Shown piece by piece: positions 1 through 11,292 of a stretch of 39,722 bases of DNA. The number at the start of each line of letters is the position of its first letter. The first letter of the stretch is position 1. The notes under the pieces were generated by a model. The model made no database searches. It was given only the letters and a program-made list of their open reading frames with translations, and had not been told where the DNA came from. The position numbers were made by a program, and so were the translations under genes. The DNA lies in the NCBI GenBank assembly GCA_020051075.1, contig JAGVJP010000091.1, forward strand, positions 1-39,722, read 5' to 3'. This DNA is from Parachlamydiales bacterium. Its GTDB lineage: Bacteria > Chlamydiota > Chlamydiia > Chlamydiales > Parachlamydiaceae.

Positions 1-1359
<1,359 letters not shown>

Positions 1360-1635
1360 TTATACATTTAGGTGTGACCGTGTTATCTCTACCTTCCAAC
1401 TACGAATAAACCATTCAGAAATGTGTAAGGGTCGTATTTTCAAAAAAAAAAAACAGCTTATCATATATCCAGAGCAATGAATTCAAAAAAAAATCTACCT
1501 ATTAGATTTTTCACGATTTCAGACTAAAAGTCAGTTATATAAAATATGGAAATAAAAGAATATATATTTTTTTTGATCTTCTCTCGATCTACGTCACGAG
1601 CTGCATTCGAGATTTAAGGATAAGAGTTTATGAAA

Positions 1636-2814
1636 TTACTCAACATCTAACAAAAAACTCTTTAAATATTGACTTTCAGGATGAAAGAGGTTGACAGGAT
1701 GATCTGGAGCTAAGCGATGCTGTCCAACAATGCGAACCATTCTGTTCGCTTCGAGGGCGGCTTGAAAAAGCACTTTTTGGAATAATTCTTCATTCACATG
1801 ATGGGAACAGGAACAGGTGAGAAGAAGCGAGCGGCTTGGCATTTTCTGCATCGCTAACCGGTTGATATCTTTATAACCGCGGCAAGCTGCAACAATATCT
1901 TTTTGTTTTTTTGCGAATGCAGGGGGATCTAAGATGACGAGATCATAAGACAAAGTCTCTTGTCGAAGGAATTCGAAGACATCGCGGGAATGAAAACCAA
2001 AGTCATCGGGATTAAATCCGTTGAGGGAAACATTTTTTTTAGCGAACTCTATTGCATCGGATGAGATGTCGATGGTATCGACCGTCCGGGCCCCTCCAGC
2101 CATTGCATAAACAGAGAATCCCCCTGTATAAGAAAAAGCATTTAACACCCGTTTGCCTGATGAGAGCTCGCCCATCCATCGGCGCATCTCTCGATGATCT
2201 AGAAAAAAACCGGTCTTCTGAGATTTTGACAATGAAGTGATGAAGGTAAGGCCATTTTCTTTAAACGTCACTTCATCGACCGGACTGCCGTGCAATAACC
2301 CTTGTCTTTCACTGAGTCCCTCCTCTCGACGAGAAGGGAGCAGCGATTTCTCATAAATCGTTGTCAGCTTTAGATTCTCTGTCAACCATTCGATGATGAA
2401 AGGGATCAGCCGATCCATCCCTTGCGTTGACGACTGCACAACTGCCGTTTGGTCATAGATATCGATGATTAATCCTGGAATGCCGTCTCCTTCAGCATTG
2501 ATGAGGCGGTATGCATTTGTGTGTGCGGGATCAAACCACCTGTTTCTAAGTGCTAAAGCTGATGTGAGAGATCTTTGCAAACTTTCCGTAGCGGAGATGG
2601 AACCGAATGCAACCATCCGTCCGCGAATGCCCGACAGCTTATTGAAATAGGCAGTGCCTAATAATTCATGGCCGGCAGAATAAACAGGAAGGAGATCGCC
2701 ATTTTGAAAAGAAGGAGACTGTTGAATGGCTCCAGAAAAAATCCAGTGATGGCGGTGACGAATTGGCTTATCTTTACCTGGTTTTAGGATAACCCCGACA
2801 GGATGAGCGTTCAT
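1636..2814 (-). CDS. rlmI: RlmI/RlmK-family class I SAM-dependent 23S rRNA methyltransferase
   Basis: PUA-like N-terminus (HHWIFSGAI), AEGDGIPGL, QKTGFFLDHR, VLNAFSYTGGFS, DLVILDPPAFAK, LLTCSCS, YLK motifs. Confidence 0.88.
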   Translation of the reverse strand: MNAHPVGVILKPGKDKPIRHRHHWIFSGAIQQSPSFQNGDLLPVYSAGHELLGTAYFNKLSGIRGRMVAFGSISATESLQRSLTSALALRNRWFDPAHTNAYRLINAEGDGIPGLIIDIYDQTAVVQSSTQGMDRLIPFIIEWLTENLKLTTIYEKSLLPSRREEGLSERQGLLHGSPVDEVTFKENGLTFITSLSKSQKTGFFLDHREMRRWMGELSSGKRVLNAFSYTGGFSVYAMAGGARTVDTIDISSDAIEFAKKNVSLNGFNPDDFGFHSRDVFEFLRQETLSYDLVILDPPAFAKKQKDIVAACRGYKDINRLAMQKMPSRSLLLTCSCSHHVNEELFQKVLFQAALEANRMVRIVGQHRLAPDHPVNLFHPESQYLKSFLLDVE

Positions 2815-2817
2815 GTT

Positions 2818-3276
2818 TTAGTGTTGATAGAGTCCGACCAATTCAGCTTGATCGAGGATTTTATGTTTCTTCATCGCAGCTTCCACATCGTGTTTAGCAG
2901 ACCCTTCAGGTAGGCTCAAGATGGCATCCAGAGCATATAACTTGAAGTGGTAGTGATGAGGCTTACCTGGAGGAGGACAAGGCCCCTTATAATAAGACTT
3001 CTGAAAATGGTTGACCCCTTGCTTAGGAGGGGGTGAAGCCCGAGTGAATTCAGGAGCTCCGTCAGTGAGTTCGATGAGCTGAGGAGCGATGTTCCACACG
3101 ATCCAATGATCAAAAGTACCTTGGGGAGCATCAGGATCATCAACGATCAAGACCAAGCTTTTAACTCCTTGAGGAAGATGCAAAAATTTTAATGGAGGAG
3201 AAACATCTTCACCATCACATGTGTATTTTGCTGGAATGAACTGGTGATCTTCAAAAGCTGTCGACTCTATTTGCAT
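2818..3276 (-). CDS. YbhB/YbcL family Raf-kinase-inhibitor-like (PEBP) protein
   Basis: YTCDGEDVSPPL, DDPDAP, FDHWIVWNI, YKGPCPP..HHYHFKLYALD. Confidence 0.92.
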   Translation of the reverse strand: MQIESTAFEDHQFIPAKYTCDGEDVSPPLKFLHLPQGVKSLVLIVDDPDAPQGTFDHWIVWNIAPQLIELTDGAPEFTRASPPPKQGVNHFQKSYYKGPCPPPGKPHHYHFKLYALDAILSLPEGSAKHDVEAAMKKHKILDQAELVGLYQH

Positions 3277-3290
3277 CGTTAAAACTCACG

Positions 3291-3731
3291 TTACTTTTTT
3301 TCTTTGTTATCGGTGTCTTTCCCTTCATCGACTTTCTCAACTTTCTTCTTCCCTTTATTCTCAACCTTAATTTCGCCGAGAGACCTGACTTTGCCGACAA
3401 AAGAGTTCATCACCTTTGACAATGCACCGACAAGCGCGATGAGGGTTCGATCAACATTTCTTGGATCGGTCCGACTACTTTGGGTATTTTGTTGGAAGAG
3501 GTTGATCGCATCCACAGCTTCTTGCAAAGATTTCTGAAATTGAGCGGGAGCAAATTTTTTTTCAGCTAGGTTCCCTTTGTCTAAGGCCTCAGTATATGAT
3601 TGGAAAGCTGCTGTCCAATTTTTTAAATCGTTCGCTTGAGGTTGAGGATTTTGACGAATGGCATTAGCGGTTGCTTTCATGGAATTAAGCAATTCATTCG
3701 GATTCGTAAACGGAACTTTATCCACCATCAT
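3291..3731 (-). CDS. Hypothetical helical protein with charged C-terminus
   Basis: 146-aa ORF with GAGAGGT RBS-like sequence upstream, co-directional and tightly spaced with the ybhB-like gene and rlmI. Confidence 0.75.
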   Translation of the reverse strand: MMVDKVPFTNPNELLNSMKATANAIRQNPQPQANDLKNWTAAFQSYTEALDKGNLAEKKFAPAQFQKSLQEAVDAINLFQQNTQSSRTDPRNVDRTLIALVGALSKVMNSFVGKVRSLGEIKVENKGKKKVEKVDEGKDTDNKEKK

Positions 3732-3753
3732 CTAGGCTACCTCTCTTTGGGGA

Positions 3754-3911
3754 ACTATTCATGTGGGTTAGGCCTTCCAAAATGGTGTTTGAACGGATGA
3801 GCTGCGAAGAAATCGGCGAAATTAATAGTTTTTCTTCTATTAATAAGCCGATTTCTGAAGCAGATCGCTGTTCAAACCCATTTGGGAAGTGCCTATACCT
3901 ACGTGAATAGT
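3754..3911. repeat. Palindromic element, family A (~158 bp imperfect hairpin, MITE/RPE-like)
   Basis: ACTATTCATGTGGGTTAGGCCTTCCAAAATGG...ATTAATAG pairs with CTATTAAT...CCATTTGGGAAGTGCCTATACCTACGTGAATAGT. Confidence 0.85.
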
Positions 3912-3940
3912 GACCTCTTGGTTACAGCTACTCAAATTGA

Positions 3941-3969
3941 ATCTTAGCAGCAGAATGAGAATCGGTCAA
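3941..3969 (-). promoter_or_regulatory. Putative sigma66/70 promoter for the 3731-1636 operon
   Basis: Minus strand TTGACC-N17-TAAGAT with extended -10 TG. Confidence 0.55.
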
Positions 3970-4038
3970 TGAGATTGTTTCAATCGACAAAAAATGAGGA
4001 ATCTGAGAACTTATGTGAAAAAGTCATAAGTTTTAAAG

Positions 4039-4812
4039 ATGAAAAAGAAAGAGTCTATTTCGACGGCTTGGCAAGATTCAAGCCAGTGGTACAAAGAAGC
4101 AGTGGGTGAGAAAGGGCACTATTATCATCAAAAAGTCATTATTCCAAAGCTGTTGTCGTTGTGTCATTTTCAACAAAATCCCCAGTCTAAACTCCTCGAC
4201 CTCGCTTGCGGACAAGGAGTGCTGAGCCGCCATCTCCCCGCTCATGTCTCCTATCTTGGCATCGATGCCGCTCCGAGTTTAATTCAAGCAGCAAAACGGT
4301 ACCGTCCTCAGCCTAACCACCGCTATCTCGTTGGCGATGTCACACAGAAGCTGCCAACTGATGAAACATTCTCTCACGCCACGATCATCTTGGCGATTCA
4401 AAATATAGAGAACCCTTCAGCAGTTTTTAAAAACGTTCATCCCTGCTTAAATCCTCAAGGACGGTTGATCATTGTGATGAACCATCCCTGCTTCAGGGTT
4501 CCTCGGCAATCCTCCTGGGGTGTTGATGAGCAGAATAAAACACGTTATCGCCGAATCGACCGTTACATGTCTGAGATGAAAATCCCTATCATGACCCACC
4601 CTGGAAAAGGGAAAGCCTCTACGCAAACATGGTCCTTCCACCACCCTCTTTCATCATATTGCCGCTGGCTCAATGAAGGAGGCTTCACGGTCGAACTGAT
4701 CGAGGAGTGGTGTTCGGATAAGATCAGCCAAGGAGCGGCTGCAAAAATGGAAAACCGTAGCCGTGAAGAAATCCCTCTATTCATGACCATCGTTGCCAAA
4801 AAGCAGATTTAA
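4039..4812 (+). CDS. Class I SAM-dependent methyltransferase
   Basis: LLDLACGQG SAM motif, GIDAAPSLI, NHPCFR, FHHPLSSY. Confidence 0.88.
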   Translation: MKKKESISTAWQDSSQWYKEAVGEKGHYYHQKVIIPKLLSLCHFQQNPQSKLLDLACGQGVLSRHLPAHVSYLGIDAAPSLIQAAKRYRPQPNHRYLVGDVTQKLPTDETFSHATIILAIQNIENPSAVFKNVHPCLNPQGRLIIVMNHPCFRVPRQSSWGVDEQNKTRYRRIDRYMSEMKIPIMTHPGKGKASTQTWSFHHPLSSYCRWLNEGGFTVELIEEWCSDKISQGAAAKMENRSREEIPLFMTIVAKKQI

Positions 4813-4849
4813 CGCCAAGACACAATGCAATAGCGCAAAAGTAACTCTC

Positions 4850-4905
4850 TCACACCTCTCCCTTTTTTTAACGCAAAGGAGCAAAAGAGGCGCAAAGGCG
4901 CAGAG
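4850..4905 (+). repeat. Family B repeat, single arm (TTTTTAACGCAAAGGAGCAAAAGAGGCGCAAAGGCGCAGAG)
   Basis: Near-identical to the arm at 12886-12939. A more decayed copy overlaps the upstream stop codon (4808-4840). Confidence 0.8.
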
Positions 4906-4970
4906 AATTGAATAAAACCCCTCGAGTTTGATAGAGTGTTCTGAGCATTATGACTTATTAAATTGGGCAT

Positions 4971-5780
4971 TTACTCAACCCAACGCAAACCTTCCGATCT
5001 CAATCCACATTCCACAAACTGTCGATATTGTTTAACAAAAGACTCCTCTTGCAATTTCACCTCAAATTCGTCTGGGGTGAAAACTCGTTCATCCTTTAAA
5101 AGGAATGGATATTTTTCAATAAATGCTTGTAGGCCATCAAGCCAACGACCTCCGGGCATATTAACACAAACGAAATCATAAATAAGGGTATAATATTGCA
5201 TGAGACGCAGCGCTCGCAATTCTATCTGATATTGTCCACTCCGCTGAACATTGGCTTTATCATGACATAAATCCTGTTCATTGGAACGTGTTGGCAGTAA
5301 ACCAGAGTGATATTTAGTGCTCTCCCACAGCTGAAAGCCTTTTATTCCAAGAAAAATCAGTCCTATGATGCTAAATGACAAAACTGCATTCAATGCAATT
5401 TTCCTAGCCGGGTTGATTGCCAAAGCCTGACGCTTCGATATCTTGAGAAACAGACATCCAAAAACATTAAAAAATAGGATCGTGCTTAATGCAATCATTG
5501 TTTCAACTCTCAACGCTTGACTCACTCTTCTTTTCGTGGGAGCAGTGGATGAATTTGATAACTGAATCGTCCATTCCACCGTTTTGGGAATTCGAATATA
5601 ATTTTTGATCTCTTTAACTGTTTGTGCACGATTTCCACTAAAATTATCAAATTGCATTCGTTTAATTACATCAGTAAGATTACTAATTTGAAGAGTTGGG
5701 AAATAATTAAGTGGATTTTCTATGACACTTTCAATATTCTGCTGATTCATGTTACATTTTACAATACGACTAGACTGCAT
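4971..5780 (-). CDS. Hypothetical AT-rich protein with two hydrophobic segments (Inc-like candidate)
   Basis: 269-aa ORF with hydrophobic MIALSTILFFNVFGCLFL and IALNAVLSFSIIGLIFLGI. Confidence 0.7.
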   Translation of the reverse strand: MQSSRIVKCNMNQQNIESVIENPLNYFPTLQISNLTDVIKRMQFDNFSGNRAQTVKEIKNYIRIPKTVEWTIQLSNSSTAPTKRRVSQALRVETMIALSTILFFNVFGCLFLKISKRQALAINPARKIALNAVLSFSIIGLIFLGIKGFQLWESTKYHSGLLPTRSNEQDLCHDKANVQRSGQYQIELRALRLMQYYTLIYDFVCVNMPGGRWLDGLQAFIEKYPFLLKDERVFTPDEFEVKLQEESFVKQYRQFVECGLRSEGLRWVE

Positions 5781-5888
5781 AATAAATACCTAATTTTAGT
5801 TATAACAAATTGTAACATAACGCAAGATTTTTTTCTAACATTTTTCAAAAAAGTTAGTTTACTAAACAAAACTAATCACTCGAATGAA

Positions 5889-8429
5889 TTAGGGTTTCAC
5901 GACGATGTTGAGTAACTTATTTGGAACGAAGACCACCTTAACAATTTCTTTCCCCTCTAGAAACCCAACCACATGAGAGTTTGCTTTAGCGGCTTCTAAA
6001 ACAGCCTCTTCAGGGTGGTTGAAAGGGATATCTAAACGCCCTCGCAGCTTGCCATTGACCTGCACAACCAACGTCACATTCTCATCCCGCAGATAGCTCT
6101 CTTCAGCAATGGGGAATGGAGCGCTGATGATGGAGCCAACGCCACCAAGGTGCTGCCAAACCTCCTCTGCGAGGTGAGGCGCTAAAGGAGCTAACGCCTG
6201 CGCAGCCATTTTAACAACGTCTTTTGGATAGGCAGGCAGCTTTGTGAATTCGTTCATGAATTCCATCAACTTTGCGATCGCCGTGTTAAACTGCATCGAT
6301 TCAATATCTTTTGTCACTCCATCGATTAAGCGGTAGCCGAGCTTAAGACCCTCTTCGGAAGCCTCTTCGGTGATTTTATCAGAAAAAGCCATGTCATAAA
6401 ACCGGTTGAGGAAACGGCGGCATCCAGAAACGGCGTCGGTATTCCAGACCTTCTCTTTTTCCAAAGGCCCCATAAACATTTCATAGAGGCGCAGAGCATC
6501 AGCGCCAAACTCCTTCAAAATCTCGTCAGGGCTGACTCCATTGAGCTTCGACTTAGACATCTTATCCACTTGTTTCTTCAACTCTTCGCCCGTTCGCTTA
6601 TCAAAGAACTTTCCTTCTTTCTCTTCAACATTTTCTGGTTCAACATAGCAATGGCGGCTATTTTGATACGAATGGGCCACAACAAGCCCTTGATTTCGCA
6701 ATGTCTGGAACGGCTCCAAGGTGTGCACATAGCCGCAGTCATAAAGGACTTTATGCCAAAAGCGGGCGTACAGTAAATGGAGAACAGCATGTTCAACGCC
6801 GCCAACATAGAGGTCGACCGGCATCCAATAATTTTCTGCCTTTTTTCCCCATGCTTCCTGCTCATTACGAGGGTCGCAGAAGCGGAGGTAATACCAGCAA
6901 GAACCCGCCCATTGCGGCATCGTATGCGTCTCACGGGAAGCCTGTTTCCCTGTTTTGGAGTCGACGATATTCACCCATTCGTTCACTTGAGCAAGAGGGC
7001 TCTGTCCATCTGCCGTTGGCTTATAGTTAGACACTTCAGGAGGACAGAGAGGGAGCTCATCTTCTCCTAAAAGACGGACTGTGCCATCATCAAATTTTAA
7101 TAGAGGAAACGGTTCACCCCAATAACGTTGTCTAGAAAAGAGCCAATCCCGCAGCTTGTAGGTGATTGCCCCTTTGCCTTTACTGTGTTTTTCAAGCCAT
7201 TCGATCATCACTGTCTTGGCTTTTTGCACATCGAAGCCATTGAGTGAGAGATCGGCAAAATCGCTGTTCATAGCCACACCTTCGCCGGAGAGGCACTGCC
7301 TCCCCTCTTTCACCGCCAACCTCACCTCATCAGACTCATCAACAGGATCATACACTGCGACGATGGGAAGATGGTAGACCTGTGCGAAGGCAAAATCGCG
7401 CTCATCATGTGCCGGCACCGCCATGATCGCCCCTGTGCCATAGCCCACCAATACGTAGTCGGCGATCCAGATAGGAACTTTGGACCCGGTGATCGGATGA
7501 ATGGCATAAGCCCCAGTGAAGACTCCTGTCTTTTCCAGGTTCAACTCCGTCCGGTCGAGATCGCTTTTACTCAACGACTGCTTCTGATACGCCCTTACAC
7601 TTTCGCGTTGAGAATCAGTGGTGATTCTACTGACGAGAGGATGCTCGGGAGCTAATACAACATAGGTGGCGCCAAATAGAGTGTCTGGCCGTGTCGTGAA
7701 GACGGAGATGGCCTCTGCCGTGCTCTCTTCGACAAAGTTGACATAAGCCCCTTCGCTTTTGCCTATCCAATTGATCTGCAGCTTCTTCAAACTCTCAGGC
7801 CAGTCGACAAGATGTAAATCATCGATCAACCGTTCAGCATAAGCGGTGATTTTCAAAATCCATTGCCGCAGCGGACGTCTTTCAATCAGATGCCCGCCTT
7901 CTTTTGCACGGCCATTTTCAACCTCTTCGTTAGAGAGAACGGTTCCTAAGGCGGGACAGAAATTGACAGCCATTTCAGCTTCATACGCTAACCCTTTTTC
8001 ATAGAGCTTAGTGAAAATCCACTGTGTCCACTTATAATAGGAGGGGTCGCTTGTTGCAAACTCTCGACTCCAATCATAGCTGAAGCCCAACAGACGCATC
8101 TGCTGCCGGAAGTTATCGATATTTTCCTTCGTTGAAATCGCTGGATGGGTGTTGGTGCGAATCGCATATTGCTCTGCAGGCAGTCCGAAGCTATCCCAGC
8201 CCATGGGATGGAGGACATTAAATCCCTTCGCTCTTTTATACCTGGCGATGATATCGGTTGCCGTGTAGCCAACCAAGTGCCCCACATGAAGCCCACTTCC
8301 AGATGGATAGGGAAACATGTCAAGAACATAATATTTTGGCTTCGAAGTGTCATCCGTCGACTTAAACGTTTCGTTCATCAGCCAGTATTTCTGCCACTTC
8401 GCTTCGATTTGTTCATGGTCGTATTTCAT
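5889..8429 (-). CDS. leuS: Leucine--tRNA ligase
   Basis: MFPYPSGSGLHVGH, SRQRYWGEP, KMSKS, VQVNGKLR. Confidence 0.98.
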   Translation of the reverse strand: MKYDHEQIEAKWQKYWLMNETFKSTDDTSKPKYYVLDMFPYPSGSGLHVGHLVGYTATDIIARYKRAKGFNVLHPMGWDSFGLPAEQYAIRTNTHPAISTKENIDNFRQQMRLLGFSYDWSREFATSDPSYYKWTQWIFTKLYEKGLAYEAEMAVNFCPALGTVLSNEEVENGRAKEGGHLIERRPLRQWILKITAYAERLIDDLHLVDWPESLKKLQINWIGKSEGAYVNFVEESTAEAISVFTTRPDTLFGATYVVLAPEHPLVSRITTDSQRESVRAYQKQSLSKSDLDRTELNLEKTGVFTGAYAIHPITGSKVPIWIADYVLVGYGTGAIMAVPAHDERDFAFAQVYHLPIVAVYDPVDESDEVRLAVKEGRQCLSGEGVAMNSDFADLSLNGFDVQKAKTVMIEWLEKHSKGKGAITYKLRDWLFSRQRYWGEPFPLLKFDDGTVRLLGEDELPLCPPEVSNYKPTADGQSPLAQVNEWVNIVDSKTGKQASRETHTMPQWAGSCWYYLRFCDPRNEQEAWGKKAENYWMPVDLYVGGVEHAVLHLLYARFWHKVLYDCGYVHTLEPFQTLRNQGLVVAHSYQNSRHCYVEPENVEEKEGKFFDKRTGEELKKQVDKMSKSKLNGVSPDEILKEFGADALRLYEMFMGPLEKEKVWNTDAVSGCRRFLNRFYDMAFSDKITEEASEEGLKLGYRLIDGVTKDIESMQFNTAIAKLMEFMNEFTKLPAYPKDVVKMAAQALAPLAPHLAEEVWQHLGGVGSIISAPFPIAEESYLRDENVTLVVQVNGKLRGRLDIPFNHPEEAVLEAAKANSHVVGFLEGKEIVKVVFVPNKLLNIVVKP

Positions 8430-8536
8430 CTTCTTCCATCTGTGAAAAATTAATGGTTCAACTCTATCAAACGTCTAGCGTCTAATTACATCAATTAGAC
8501 ACTAGCCCAGATTACCACACTTGTGTTAATGTGATG

Positions 8537-8703
8537 TATGCCGGCATCTTGTCAAAATTAGCCATCTGGACTTCGCGAAAGCTCCCGCGGTTGGACGATC
8601 GTAAATCACCTAATATTAAGTCCAATATAAGGTGATTTACGATCGTTCAACCCCGGGGCTTTGGCGCAGTCCAGATGGCTGATTTTGACAAGATGCCGGC
8701 ATA
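8537..8703. repeat. Palindromic element, family E (~167 bp, TA at both ends)
   Basis: TATGCCGGCATCTTGTCAAAATTAGCCATCTGGAC... pairs with ...GTCCAGATGGCTGATTTTGACAAGATGCCGGCATA, with ~80-bp arms. Confidence 0.9.
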
Positions 8704-8735
8704 TCCAATAATCAGGAGATAATGCAACCAAGTTT

Positions 8736-11138
8736 ATGCCAACCAATAGCAAAAAGTCAAAAAAAAAGAATTTGTCCACCAGAACGACAAAAGAGGAAAA
8801 ATTATTTCAGAACCTCTTAAAAACAACTGAACAGTTCATGACGGGAAAAAGCTTCGTCCCGTTGCCCCTTGAGCAGCTGATGGACCGCCTTTCCCTTCCC
8901 ATCCAGCACAAAGAAATTTTTATAGAGGTCCTACATCAGCTGGCCGATCAAAACCTTGTCGTCATGGATAAAGATAAATTTTCCTGGAAGGGTTCAACCG
9001 ATGATGTCATGACCGGCATCTTGAGAGTCCACCCGAGAGGATTTGGCTTCGTCGTCGCTGATCATCCCCTTTTGCATCCCCAAGACATCTTCATTCCAAA
9101 ACACCTTACAATGAATGGCGTCGATGGAGATCATGTCGAAGTTAAGATCAACCAAGAGAGCTATTCAGAAAAAGGGCCCGAAGGGAAGGTCATCACCATC
9201 CTATCCCGCGGACGAACACATCTTGCTGGCATTGTCCGCGCAATCGAAAGGCATGGAGACATCGTCGTTCACGCACCATTGCTAGGGATGCAGCAGCGTG
9301 TCACCGTCGAAACCACAAAGAAAAACCCACTGAAAGTTGGCGACCGCATCGTTATGGAGGTGATCGACTGGGGGTCTAAGGATACGGAAACACATTGCCG
9401 TTTTTCACGCCTTCTTGGAAATATCGACGACCCTTCCTGCGACATCCACGCTGCCATTGAAGAATTTGAAATCCGGAAGGACTTTCCCGCAAAAGTGGTC
9501 GAAGAAGCTCAAAGCTATGGGACACGCGTTCCTCAGCACGAAATCAATGCTCGTGAAGACCTCCGCGAGATCACCACCATCACCATCGACCCCGACACTG
9601 CCAAAGACTTCGACGATGCCTTGAGTTTAACGAAGGACTCGAAGGGAGTGTACCACCTTGGAGTCCACATCGCCGACGTCTCCTATTATGTTCATTCAGG
9701 CTCTGCTCTGGATGAAGAAGCAGCGATCCGTTGCAACTCCACCTACTTCCCAGGGACGTGCGTCCCTATGCTTCCTGGAGGCCTATCAGAGAACCTATGC
9801 AGCCTTAAACCCAATGTCAATAGACTCACCGTCTCGGTATTTGTCCGATTTAATGAGCAGGGCGATATGCTCGATTACCGCATTGCGCGGACGGTGATCA
9901 AGAGTTCCAAACGGTTCACTTACCGGGAAGCAAAAAAAGTGATCGACGGCGAGAAAGAGAGCCCCCACGCTGGAACCCTCGCCACCATGGTAGAACTCTG
10001 CCGCCTCCTGAAACGGAAGCGGTATGAACGGGGAAGCATCGAATTCTCCCTCCCAGAACTCGTGGTCCTAGTCGATGAGAAAGGGACGCCGACAGGAACT
10101 GACTACGTCTCCTATGACATCACCCATCAGATGGTGGAAGAGTTCATGCTCAAAGCCAACGAACTTGTTGCTTGGCACTTAACTGAAATTGGCAAACGAC
10201 TCACCTACCGAGTCCACGATGTCCCTTCAGAAGAAAACCTGCGCGACTTCTCCTTGCTTGCCGCAGCCTTTGGCTTTAAACTCCCCGACACCCCATCGAC
10301 AGCTGACCTGCAGGCACTTTTCGAAACTGCCGGCGATTCTCCCTACCTCAACTACCTCGCCTCAAGCTATATCCGCCGGATGCGTCTAGCAGCCTACTCG
10401 GCAGACAATATCGGCCACTATGGCTTAAGTCTAACCCACTACTGCCATTTTACAAGCCCCATCCGCCGCTATGTCGACCTTGTCGTCCACCGAATTTTGT
10501 TTGGCGAAAGCGACGACCTCGAATACCTGCAGACGGTAGCGCAGCGCTGTTCTGATCAAGAACGGGTGAGCGCCAAAGCTGAGGGAAGCGTCCTCGTCTT
10601 GAAGAAACTCCGTCTCTTGGATAGATATCACAAAGAAGATCCCTATCAAGAGTATCCAGCCGTCATCACCAAAGTGAAAAACTTTGGCGTCTATTTCGAG
10701 ATCATCAACCTCTTGTTGGAAGGGTTTATCCATATCTCCGAACTTGAAGAAGATTATTTCGTCTTCGACGAACAGCGCCTCAGGTTAGTCGGAAGAAGGC
10801 ATGGAAGCATCTATGCCCCTGGGCAGAAAATCACAGTAATGCTGAGAGATGTCAACTTTGTCTCTCAAGAGACTCAATGGTATATTTCTGAACATGTCGA
10901 ACAGCCTGCAAAATCGGTCGATCTAAGGTCGAGAAGGGGTAGAGAACGGGGATACAAAAAAACTGGACAGCCCGAAAGCCATCAGAAATCGGAGACAAGC
11001 CGCAGAGAAAAAGCTGCAAGCAAAAAGAAACCGCCGATCATCAGTAAAAAGGCAGTGACAGGTAAGAAAAAACCTGCGCCAATAAGCAAGAAGACAACAC
11101 CGATAAGCAAGAAAAAACCGGCCAAAAAACAAGATTAA
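8736..11138 (+). CDS. rnr: Ribonuclease R
   Basis: HPRGFGFV cold-shock domain, TIDPDTAKDFDDALS, HFTSPIRRY, S1 domain, Lys-rich tail. Confidence 0.97.
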   Translation: MPTNSKKSKKKNLSTRTTKEEKLFQNLLKTTEQFMTGKSFVPLPLEQLMDRLSLPIQHKEIFIEVLHQLADQNLVVMDKDKFSWKGSTDDVMTGILRVHPRGFGFVVADHPLLHPQDIFIPKHLTMNGVDGDHVEVKINQESYSEKGPEGKVITILSRGRTHLAGIVRAIERHGDIVVHAPLLGMQQRVTVETTKKNPLKVGDRIVMEVIDWGSKDTETHCRFSRLLGNIDDPSCDIHAAIEEFEIRKDFPAKVVEEAQSYGTRVPQHEINAREDLREITTITIDPDTAKDFDDALSLTKDSKGVYHLGVHIADVSYYVHSGSALDEEAAIRCNSTYFPGTCVPMLPGGLSENLCSLKPNVNRLTVSVFVRFNEQGDMLDYRIARTVIKSSKRFTYREAKKVIDGEKESPHAGTLATMVELCRLLKRKRYERGSIEFSLPELVVLVDEKGTPTGTDYVSYDITHQMVEEFMLKANELVAWHLTEIGKRLTYRVHDVPSEENLRDFSLLAAAFGFKLPDTPSTADLQALFETAGDSPYLNYLASSYIRRMRLAAYSADNIGHYGLSLTHYCHFTSPIRRYVDLVVHRILFGESDDLEYLQTVAQRCSDQERVSAKAEGSVLVLKKLRLLDRYHKEDPYQEYPAVITKVKNFGVYFEIINLLLEGFIHISELEEDYFVFDEQRLRLVGRRHGSIYAPGQKITVMLRDVNFVSQETQWYISEHVEQPAKSVDLRSRRGRERGYKKTGQPESHQKSETSRREKAASKKKPPIISKKAVTGKKKPAPISKKTTPISKKKPAKKQD

Positions 11139-11164
11139 CAAAAAAATGCAAACACCTAAAATCC

Positions 11165-11284
11165 CCAAATCATAAGAACAGGATAGACAGGATCGCAAGC
11201 GGCAGGATAGGCAAGATAATATTGTATCATTATCTTGCCTATCCTGCCGCTTGCGATCCTGTCTATCCTGTTCTTATGATTTGG
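11165..11284. repeat. Family C (CAGGAT-unit) palindrome, perfect 56-bp arms, 8-nt loop
   Basis: 11165-11220 is the exact reverse complement of 11229-11284. Confidence 0.95.
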
Positions 11285-11292
11285 TGGAATTC

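Noticed and set aside
11010..11135. KKKP..ISKK repeats at the RNase R C-terminus
   Set aside because: A basic low-complexity tail is normal for RNase R
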